Positions 13,395-23,530 of a stretch of 64,000 bases of DNA are shown piece by piece. Location of the stretch: assembly GCA_010093705.1 (NCBI GenBank), contig MU006090.1, forward strand, positions 1,329,817-1,393,816, read 5' to 3'. Below the pieces are notes generated by a model. It had not been told where the DNA came from. It saw nothing but the letters and a program-made list of their open reading frames with translations, and did not search any database. This DNA comes from Patellaria atrata CBS 101060 (taxonomy: Eukaryota). Within the stretch, counting starts at the first letter, position 1, and every line of letters starts with the position of its first letter. The position numbers were made by a program, and so were the translations under genes.

Positions 13395-13920
13395 GCTCTA
13401 TGGAATTTTTGAGGCATATGGACTCATGTTTATGGCATTATGGGTGGAGAATGACGGTTATTAAAAGGGAGTTTCAAGATTTCAGATGGTCAAGAAGGCT
13501 CAAAAGGGGTATATCCGATGTTCACACATTACAATGGTGTTTTACAGGATGAGCATCATCCAAGACTGAAAGGTTTACATGGTTGGTTGTTTCATTATCA
13601 TTTGCATAGTTTCGCGGCGTTCATCAAATTAGGAGAAGATACCCCAAGTTTTCATAACGTCAGGCACAGCGTTTGTAGCAAATTTGCATTTCAGGGTGTG
13701 AAAAACAGCGGTTTAGTTCATTTTTTGGTAGTCATTAATCGAACATGATAAAATTGCAGGAATTCCAAGCCGAACAAAGTAAACCGCGGTAAAGAGAATC
13801 CATTTCCCCTTGCTCTTTCGCCATTCAGCAGTCTCGTAGTCCACCACAAGTGTTTTCGATCCTCCCCGTACTCTCCCAATGCATGCTCTACGAGCTCATA
13901 CCGACCACCTATCCATTTCT

Positions 13921-14376
13921 TTACTTCCCAAGCGCAAAGGCAGCCTGCGTCAACGTCCTGAACGCAATAATGACGCTCGAGAACCACAGCCCAGTCCTGA
14001 TATAACTGTACGAGTTCGTCGTCGTAGTGATATAACTAACCACATAAACGACCCTCAAGGCAAGATAAACCTGCACGAACGTATCCACGCCGTCCAAGTT
14101 CGCCAGATTGCCCGCGATGACGGCGGCAGCGAAGAGCGGGAAGTTCTCGAGCATGTTGCCGTGCGCGGCCTCGGCGCGCTCCCAGCGCGTGTACAGCGAG
14201 GGCCCCAGCCGCTGCGCCAGCCGCGGCCGGTAGTCCGTCCCCTTCGGGTTGCGGTTGTCGACGCTCGCTGGGTTGCCTTGGCTCGCGAGGTTGGTCGCGT
14301 AGAATTTGGGGAGGAGCGCGAGTCCCCAGTAGATGGGGAGGCCGAGGATCGAGAGGTTGGCGGAGGTCCACGACAT
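13921..14376 (-). CDS. MAPEG family membrane protein
   Basis: DNRNP, RAEAAHGNMLENFPLFAAAV, RVVY..SY and R..LW motifs; hydrophobic helices. Confidence 0.9.
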   Translation of the reverse strand: MSWTSANLSILGLPIYWGLALLPKFYATNLASQGNPASVDNRNPKGTDYRPRLAQRLGPSLYTRWERAEAAHGNMLENFPLFAAAVIAGNLANLDGVDTFVQVYLALRVVYVVSYITTTTNSYSYIRTGLWFSSVIIAFRTLTQAAFALGK

Positions 14377-14506
14377 AATGGCGGGCGTGTGTGTGGTTAG
14401 GGATGCAAGTATTTGCTGAGGTTCCCAGGTGACGGGCGCCAGGATGAATATGGGTCGAGCAGGTGTAGGTACTTCAGGAGCTCTGGTTGATGTTATGTAG
14501 GTATGT

Positions 14507-14508
<2 letters not shown>

Positions 14509-14542
<34 letters not shown>
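14509..14542. repeat. (AG)n microsatellite
   Basis: Uninterrupted AG dinucleotide run upstream of the MAPEG gene. Confidence 0.95.
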
Positions 14543-14544
<2 letters not shown>

Positions 14545-15137
14545 AAGTAAAGGGTTGCTTGTTAAGACGGAAAAAAGACACTTGCATCAATCAATGCTTA
14601 AGGTAAGTTCTTTATTCCTTCTGTCAGCATTTTAAAAGGCAGGATGCAGCTGTCAAGATATACATTTCCGTGCCTCAACCCGGAGATGGTGTAATGATAC
14701 CCATGTTGTGTTGCGAAAGTGAGCATTGCGGCGCGGTTTTTATTGTAATTGATTGTATTCGCCAGCTATACGCGAGGTCTACGAGGTTCTATCACAATGA
14801 TTTGGTGTAACATGATAGAAGATGACAGTTCATGCCAAGGGACCCTTGGGTGTGTTTCCGGAAGCTGGGGGAAAGCCGTGAACACACCAAGGAAAATCCC
14901 TGCCTCAATCGGACGGACCTGTAACGGAGACATTCCATAAACTCCCACCGCCTCTGATTCCATATAAATCTGATAGACACCTATTTGGAAGCAAGATCTC
15001 GTCTATCATCTCGGTCCAAAAGATAAGGACGCTGCACACGTGTTACTAGTCGCCTAACTTGGAACATCTATCATGCAATCCTCCTGAAAGTGCCACAGAA
15101 AGTATGAACTCAGTCTGCCAGCTCCATTCCTCGGGAC

Positions 15138-15187
15138 CTATGCGTAGTTAGCAGAGCTTCCAATATGTAGAGAATTGGGGGACTTAT
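15138..15187 (-). other. Terminal 50-nt intron of the telomerase RNA precursor (non-canonical AUAAGU donor)
   Basis: On the minus strand: ATAAGT (15187-15182), GCTAAC branch point (15152-15147), TAG (15140-15138), directly after a U-tract. Confidence 0.85.
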
Positions 15188-17400
15188 AAAAAAAATAAAA
15201 TGCCATCCCGTAGGATGGCATGGCCTCCTCGGCCCTTTCCTCCACACTTCCCCACCCTTTCCGCCAGATGAGCATCCTTCCGACCAGGTCGTCCCCTCCG
15301 CTGCCCGACATCGACCATGAAACAAGAACAACGTTGAGCCGGGTAGATCTAAAACAGAGGTCTTGCACTAGGTGAACGCATCGAATCAGCACCGGCTGCT
15401 TCGACACCGATAGAGACTCAAAAGAACCAAAGGGAACTCCACGTGAACAACAACCAGCAGACAACGTCCCGCAGACAAGCCTTGACTTTGAGCCTCACTC
15501 TAGAGAGGTCCCGCGTTCGAATTGCCCGTGATCCAGTTGCGGTCCACGCTTCATCCCTTTATCTCCCTGCTCTACCAATGGCGACCCCTTCGAAAACTCG
15601 CGCGTTGAACACCGAGAAGGTGTGCATTTCCAATTTGATAGACGCCAGACTCTGCTGATACCTGAGACCAAGGTGAAGTGATCGGGTTTGAGAAGAAACA
15701 GTGGGCATTGCCTCTTTCGTGATACACACCTTGGCCCCAATTGCAATCTCTTTCTCCACAGCTGTTTCTCCAAGTCTCAATCTTCTCGATTGCTTCTGTG
15801 AAAACACCGTGCCACTTTTCAACTCTCAACAACCAAACCCCGGGGTCGGGAAGGCCTCTCTCTGTTGTTATTGCATTCCTCTCGGAGACAGTCTTTGTTT
15901 CCTCTCCGGCGTGATTCCGGAGGGCGTTGATAAGCGGACAAAGTACATCTACAAAAAACCGCTTACATCTCCCGCAGGAGGAGTTTGACACAACTGTGGT
16001 GGGTCATGACAAACGATATCGGCGTTCATCGATCGACCGTACGCTAAACGTATGATGAGATGATTAAGCGTGGCTGATCCAGACATCACTATGAAGTGAC
16101 AGTGCCTATGGCTGATGCCGCGGCAAGGGCCTTCGCACAACTATCACATGTGCCCGGGTTGGAGACAGGAGCAGTCCGCAAGGACATCGCTGGAGAGACG
16201 TACGGGACATCTTCACCTTTGCTGGCCCCTGATTTCTATCAACTTTTCGACTGCAACCTTTACTTACCATAAACCAATTGTATGCTTGAGCAACGCTAAG
16301 GCTGAGATGAGTTTTCACCTGCGGCTGCGTCGGGAACGGTGTTTACCGGGATACACTCTTATCAAATTTCGAACGCAGGGCGTGGCGGACTGCCATTGCC
16401 TTCAGAAAGACGCCTGACTGAAGGTGATCACCCTTTCCCTAGTCTCTGTTGAAACTCAAAGGCCTCGCTACGTGTATGACACGATTCAGACGAGTGGACC
16501 TTTGAGAATGGGAACTCAAATCCCGAGGGTAGATCGTGGGATGATCTGTTGTAAGCTTAGCTCTCCAGGAGAGTTAGATTCGCGCTCAATTCTAGTTTGA
16601 TAAGAGTAATCCGTCGTAGCTCGCCCCTCAGCAGTCGTAGACACTACTAAAAGTGCTAATGAAAAACCCTCAGGCAGTCCGAAGCTCAACAATTGGAGTT
16701 TGGCGTCGCAGATATATAGTCCGATTGATAGAATCCAGCGGTAGCAAAGGCATGTGAAGATCCCAAGAACGATCCTCGTGGAGGTGTTCGACTTCTCTCA
16801 CCTGTTTCTCCCATAAGGTGTTGATGTGCAATTGATTGAAAACTGTCCAAGGTGACCAGAGTCTGACGTCTGTCATCCGGTTTCGACGCGCGCTCTCCCG
16901 GGAGAATCTTACCCAATTTTGGCGCATGAAGACCGGTTTCTAGCACCACGAGACCCACTTTCCCACCTTGATCGTCACCTAGAGCGCAGTTAAGCATTCT
17001 AGGGAGTTCAGGGTGTTTAGTCATGAGCCCCGGCAACTATATCCACGAGACTAAGCTTCACTAAGAAGCAAACCGATGAGGTGGAGTTAGGGTTAAGTTC
17101 CAGATTCCATCCACCTCAAAATACCCTTTTTTACAATGTTGCCATCGCAGCACTGCAAGCGGCAGCAGCCGATACTCTGGTGAGACCATGCTATGAGGCT
17201 CGAGTAAGGTGGTGAAACTTCACAGTGCAGGTATTATGAGGGGTCGTGAGACATCCTGACCGTGAGGCCCGAAGATGGAGATCGGGGACTGTGGGGAGAG
17301 TGAGGTGCATTTGAATACCCACCGTAGTGAGCGAGAGAAGAAGGGTTGGAGAGAGCTTCGAGCGACGCGTTGTTCCAACATCTGTCAACGTCGGACGAAC
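15188..17400 (-). ncRNA. TER: Telomerase RNA (TER/TR); 5' end approximate
   Basis: Template UAACCCUAAC at 17095-17086, candidate pseudoknot and P1, P6.1-like GAGUGAGGCUC at 15500-15490, U-tract and AUAAGU splice site at the 3' end. About 2 kb long, with no credible CDS. Confidence 0.88.
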
Positions 17401-17796
17401 ACCGAGCGATTAGAGAAATTAGATGTGGAGGGTTTGTTAGAGATGAATCAAAGACAAGACAGAGTATTATTAATCAAGACAATGTGTACCCCGAGTTTGG
17501 TGGCGAGAATCCCATGAGGAGAGAAAAGAAGAAAAGGAATCATGGAGGTTGCGGGCAAGGGTTAGTTCTACATTTATTGGCGTGCCAAGGCTTTACGCGA
17601 AGTGAACGCGCTTCACGTGGAGTCGGTGTTCATTCCGAATTTTCGACGACCTCCTTAGTGCCACTCTCCTCTGCTTTGATTTTAACAGCAATGATGAATT
17701 AACTTACTTGATCTCTACTATATAGTCTTGAGGTAGTAGCATTTCATTACACATGTAAAACATTTATATGGAAAAAAGTGTTGAAATTTCAAGACC

Positions 17797-20700
17797 ATGG
17801 TAACCTTACAAAAAGCCATTCAAAACGCTGAGGATTTCCTCCACCCGTTGAAAACAGCAAAGAGGTACTGGCCTCCTTGTGGTTATGTTAGTTAAGATAC
17901 TAAATATTACAGTGAAGAGCACAAGTCTCTCATCAACTGTCTTGCCACTTATGCAAATACTGCTGAGAATGGGGATGAGACCTCTGGACGAACACTAGTA
18001 TTGAGTCAAGCATTAGAGCTTCTTCAAGATATTCATAATGCCATTAAAGAGGAGAAAGCAAACCCATATCGTATCTTATTGCCAACAGGAGAACCATCAT
18101 CGGCAATCTTCCAGTTGCTAGATTTATTAGTTTTAGAAGGCATTATCCCGTTCTTATCTCTAGGAGTCGCAGTCCAACGTCGTCCGACGACAGCTCTGCC
18201 ATGGATATCCTTGTCTCCGCCGCAAGATCTAGACGTGGATGAAGGTATCCTTCGTCTAACGATAGATGGTTTATTAGCTATATCTAGGGAAACCGATTCA
18301 GGACTAGAGCCTGTATTGCGGGATAGAATAATTGCTGATCTCATAGCCGGCAGTGCGGAACTATCTTTCTTTCCTCGTTATGCAAGCAACAAGGGGGAGA
18401 ACAGTAGTCCTAACCTTTTTCAAGTACTCCTAGATATGTACGTTCTATGTAGTTCCCTAAGTAAAAACCTGAATATATATTTCCACCCGCTTCCCAGGAC
18501 TTGACTGAGAATCTGTCATAGAACACCCACGGCTACTCTAATGCTCCAGCTAACCCACCTATTACAACAACAATTACCAGACTGGCTTCGCCCTCACCTG
18601 TCAAAAACGTTATCTTTATTACCTCTTCGTCCTCGGGGCGTACGTACGGTTATCAGTTTCATCGCAGCATCCCACCCCTTACCTCCCGCAGCAGAAGACC
18701 AGTTTGAAGCCTTGCCCAACTCTCAGGGCCCTCCGCTGCCCCTCGAAGCCCTCCAGCAAGCTACAAAGCTACTGTCTTCAGTCCCGAGCTCGATGAACCT
18801 AGGGAGCTATTATTCTGCATTAGCACTCCAGTTATGGGAGCTTTTAGATGGAGGCGATGGTCCTGAAATGGCTAGAGTGGCTGCTCACATTATCGGGAGC
18901 GGCATTCTTGGAAGGAGATCTGTCGGTGCTCCCGGCAAGATCGGATGGGTCCTGTTTGCAGATCCGATCATCGGTCCTCTCAATCCTTCTACAGTGCCGA
19001 GACTTTCTTCTTCTGAAAATGCCAGTAAGGCTTCACTTGGAAACCCTATAGTAGACGAACCAGCCCTTGCACTTGCCTTGAAACGGTTTGTCACGCTCGT
19101 TACTTCGCATCCTAACCCAGGGCTCACAAAACGGCTTGTTGGCCGAACGCTATTGCCGTTATGGGGTCTGCTTTGCTACTCGAAGTCTCATCAGGTGAGC
19201 CCAGTCTGGGCAGAACGAGCTGAACTGCTTCTTTCATCCTTCATTAGACTCGGCGCGGGGCTCCCAGAGCTCGAAATGCTCACGTCAGACCTCCTATGGG
19301 ATGGCACTCCTCAGTGGATGTATAGCCGCGGAAGTGACGGCGGAATCGAGATACGGCTGAGGAGTGCCACAGAGAGTGACGCTCTTAATATTATCGAAAC
19401 TATGAACCAGATTGATAAGCGGATGGAAGCTTTCACGGGACTGCTCTCATTAAGCTCCGTGGATAAGGACATGGCCTGTCGACTGTTCACTGTGATCACT
19501 AAGCGGTGGCTCCTTCCGAAGCAAGTAACAAATACCGCGGCTCTTTCTTTAGAGGTTAATGCAGAGCCGGATCCTCTACAGACTTTCGCAAATGCTAAGC
19601 TTGTGCAAGTTATGCTGGAGCAGACTAAAGACAAGTTTGCCGAAAATCCAATCCATATCCTAGAATTAGTTAAGCAGTTACTGGAACAACATGTGGAAAA
19701 CGAGAAATACCAGTCTAAACGCAAACAAGACGTGAAAATGGCCCGATATGCAGGACTGAGCAGCATTGTACAGCACGACACCGCCGCAACGGAAGACCCG
19801 TCCGACCTCGAAGCTGCTGGAGACGAATCAATTGACCTCATAACCATGGCCACCAGCATCCTCACGACCATCACAACATCCAAAGACTTCAGCCTAACAC
19901 CGCAGACGCTATCAACCCTCTCCTCCACGCTTCCACTACTCACCCATCTCACCTCAAATCCCTCAAAATTCCCACGATCTGTCCTCAACACAGTCAACCA
20001 TCTCCTTACGACCATTACCGCACTAACCATCACCTCATCGACCTCACCGCACTCTTCCTCCCTGCCTAACCCCACCAATACAACCGACAACGACACCCAA
20101 GTCCTCCGCACCGCTCTCCAAAACCTCACCTCCCCCCTCCCCCCCATCCGCGTCGAATCCCTCCACACGCTCCACAACCTCATCAAATCCCACTCCCCCG
20201 TCCTCCCGATCCCAACCCTAACCACCCTCCTCATCTCCACCGGCCTCTCGGACCCCGAAAGCTACGTCCACCTGTACGCCATAAAAACCCTCGTGGCCCT
20301 CACAATCCGCGAGTCCCGCGTTGCCGGCCCGCTCGTCGTAGACGCGCTGCTGGACCCCAAGGAGGAAGGGGGCCTGGACGTTCGTCTCAGGCTCTGCGAG
20401 GCCGCAACGCAGATCGTGGAGGGCATTGCGGAAGGAAAGAGCGAGCGGACTCAGGGGCGCGTGTTGGTGGGGAAGATCGGCGCTGCTGTCGTCGCGGTGG
20501 CGTCGAGGAGGGGGAGACGGCCTCGGACGCTGGCTGCGCGGGAGAAAGCGGCGAGGGTGGAGGATGCGAGACGGATGGAACGGGAGGAGGTGCTTGGCGA
20601 GGCGGCTGCGGCGTTGGATGCATTAGATGAGTTGGATGAAGATGGGAATCCGATACCGGCTGCGAAGGTCTTGGAGAGGGAACAACTGAGCAGGATTGTG

Positions 20701-21231
20701 CAGGGCTGGGCGGATGTGGGGTTGGAAGAGGATGTGAGGGTCCGCGCGTCGGCGATTGCTGTACTGGCGAAGGTTGCGGAGGTGGCGCCGGAGGGGTTTA
20801 CGACACAGGGGTTGGATCAGGCGGCGGAGCTATGTATCGCTGTTCTCGTCCTCGAGACGAAACCCGAGAAGGCGATTCTGAGGCGCGCTGCTGTACTCGT
20901 GTTTTTGGGCGTCTTGAGGGCAATGGATAAAGCGCTAGAGGAGGGGAGGGAGGTACATGTTGGTCTCGAGGGGAAGAGATGGGAGGAGGTGGAGAAGGTG
21001 TTGAAGTGGGTACGAGATGAGGATCAGGACGATATTGTTAAAGGTCATGCTGGAGTTGTGCGGGAGGGATTGGAGGATTGGAGGATGAAGAGGTTGCTTG
21101 GTATTGAGAGAGATATCTCTGCGGATTTGACGCCTAGATTTGGGCTTGAGGGACGATTGAGAGGTTTGGGTGTTGATCCTGAGGTAAGTGTGAGGGGGAA
21201 GAGAGTTGTAGTTGAGGAGATAGAGGATTAA
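17797..21231 (+). CDS. RTP1: RNA polymerase II assembly/import factor Rtp1 (TANGO6-like ARM/HEAT protein)
   Basis: Exons 17797-17864, 17913-18437 and 18522-21231. Motifs LSLLPLRPRGVR, L.SPLPPIRVESL, LSDPESYVHLYAIK and EDVRVRASA. Confidence 0.85.
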
Positions 21232-21550
21232 GCTATCTTTTTCCTTTCCATGCGGCTCATCATTCACTTACTTCCTGTTGTCAATCAAGGTATTTACTGA
21301 GCAAAAAAGCCATCAAATGAAAAGATAACTGAGCGGGGAAATCGTTTGTGGTTTAAGGAGATAGATGATTGAGCTATCCTTTTTCATTTCAATGGAGTTT
21401 CTAACTCACATACTTACCTTATTTACACTTGTAATTTAATAAGATTTCCTACATTCTTAGGCGAAGAGATAGCATGTAGTCAATGAAGATATTTACTTAG
21501 CAAAAAGAAAAGCACATCAACTAAATCAAAAGACAAATAAGGGGAGAAAA
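21211..21550. repeat. Degenerate tandem duplication of the RTP1 stop/3'UTR segment
   Basis: Copy 1 (~21211-21340) GAGGAGATAGAGGATTAAGCTATC...GTCAATCAAGGTATTTACTGAGCAAAAAAG. Copy 2 (~21351-21550) AAGGAGATAGATGATTGAGCTATC...GTCAATGAAGATATTTACTTAGCAAAAAG, with an insertion. Confidence 0.8.
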
Positions 21551-21559
21551 GAAAAAGCA

Positions 21560-21752
21560 AAAGGAAATTTTCCCTTCGATACGGCCCTCCCCTCCGCATC
21601 GTTCTCAGCGGCTATCCTCTGAGTCCCCTCCCGCCATTATTGAAATGGAACCGCCGAGGATTGAACACAAGGCATTTCGGGAGACCACGATCGCAAGTTC
21701 TGCTGCGGGATAAGAGCTGATCTCTTACCAACTTGACTAACGTGGGTTTGTT
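21560..21752 (-). ncRNA. Structured ~190-nt ncRNA with RNA polymerase III promoter layout, family unassigned
   Basis: A box TAGTCAAGTTGG (21739-21728), B box GTTCAATCC (21666-21658), TATA-like element at ~21784-21777, T-run terminators at ~21563-21547, several nested hairpins. Confidence 0.65.
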
Positions 21753-22187
21753 AAAAACCTTGCGCCTGTCACTTCAAATATAAAGTAAGTGCCCCAAACC
21801 GAAGGTTGGGTAAGGGATAACTAAGGATGCAAGTGAAAGGAATCTCTTCACATGGTTACGATACTTGGCGTCTTATCTGATACTGTGTTGTTATCTTTTA
21901 TGGCAGGCTTATGCAAACTGCGTGAAAGTGACTGTGATAAAGGAGAAGTTGTATATTATTCAGATACAATGTCTGCATTCTTCTATTGTATGTCTAAGAT
22001 ATGGATTCCCAGCTCCCTAGATCCAAATGCTTCGTGAGGAACTTTTTAGGGCTGCGGTCGCGTCCTCCATCACCGACTGCCAACCGCAATGCCAAACCTC
22101 TAACCAGCTATGAGCGCAGATAGCAGCGCTTCGATCCATCCGCAGCAGAATTTTATCCATGTTATATCGAGACCCCATACCCCTTCC

Positions 22188-22801
22188 TCACCCAGACATA
22201 TCCGTATCTCCCTTCGGACCCGCCGCCGACATCCAAAGCACGTTATTACACCTATACACCATCAGCCACGCATTCCCACAACCACAACCCTCCAGTCCCA
22301 ACCGGCCATGACAATCCTCAAGCAACCCATAAGAAGTGTATGAAATAGCTCACCTTATCAGAACCTGTCCGAGATTCCCGGTGCTCTTCCCATCGATAAA
22401 CTCCTCGGTCCCGGCGAGTTGGATGTTCATGTAGCTATCCGCGCTGACAAGGCGGCCGCGGTACTCCGTCTCGCCCCATTTGAGGCGGATGATGACGTCT
22501 TGGTCGATGCTGGGGTGGTTGCGTTAGTTATGGGCTCTGGTGTGAGGGTATTGCATGAACGGTCTGCTGGAGTCGAAGGGCTAGAAGCAGAGTTTTCATC
22601 CAGGCCATCTGGATAGGAAAACGTAGCTGCGCATAGTGCACTTATGGGAAAGGATACGGGGTTTATTGGGGAGTATGGATGTGAATGAATGGAGGAAATG
22701 GCTTACAGCGACTGCAGCATCGGCCGCGGGTTGAGAGGGACGAATGCCTGTTATGGAGGTTAGATGGTATTATACCGTAGTTGCACATTACTTACACTCA
22801 T
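22188..22801 (-). CDS. SmF: Small nuclear ribonucleoprotein SmF
   Basis: Not present in the ORF track. Exons 22801-22796, 22747-22707, 22509-22354 and 22251-22188 give [47 protein letters not shown]...[14 protein letters not shown]. Confidence 0.95.
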
Positions 22802-23530
22802 TGTTTTCTTGGACTTATGTGGGAGTTTGGCTGAGCGCACTGCGGTTTTCGTCGCTTTGAGGTTGAAGCTCGAAATTCTGATGTTGAAGGTTCGGCTAAA
22901 GTTGCTGTTCTGGTCTTAGAACTAAAGCTCTCAGGCACTAAACTTCTGAAGTTGGACCTCCGCTCCATCTCTTATACATTGCAGCAACTTGCTATGACTT
23001 ACTATCTTTTCTATCAAGATAGGTTGTCTATCCTATATTACTTGTAGTAATTGATTTGAGGACCCAGTACGCCGAAGAACAGAAACACCAACCCGAAGTA
23101 TTTTATCAGACTATCAAATCTCGTCTGTACAGGATCTTCGTTGGCCTCAAACTCGCTGAAAGATCTTCATGGCTGTAAGTGTATAGTAAGCTACGAAAGC
23201 ATTGACAAGGGAAAGAAAGCTCCCAGATATCTCATATTCAAGAGCTCCAAAAACTACTACCTGAGCCATCGTTGAAAATAACTGTGCGTCTTCGTGCCCA
23301 TATCCTGATCCAGCTACCTGTAAAGATAGCATCTATGCTCGGATGCCGTCTCTTTAATTCCAAGCACAAGTAGGTAGCATACAAAGACTGAGTCGCCATG
23401 AGCAAAACTTACGTCTCACGTACATACAGCCAGCAAAATATCTCAGAAATCCCGCGTCTCAATCTCAATATATCGAAGCACATATAACTGTAGGAAATGA
23501 ATCGCTATACATCTATTCAAAGATTTGAAC

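Noticed and set aside
15110..17517. Short ORFs (60-139 aa) on both strands as a fragmented protein gene
   Set aside because: No recognisable domain or consistent exon chain; the ordered TER elements explain the region better.
21410..21420. ATACTTACCTT resembling the U1 snRNA 5' end
   Set aside because: It falls inside the degenerate 3'UTR duplication (it matches TTACTTCCT in copy 1), and no U1 stem-loops or Sm site follow.
21650..21750. Canonical tRNA gene
   Set aside because: A and B boxes are present, but no 7-bp acceptor stem, anticodon arm or T-arm in tRNA spacing.
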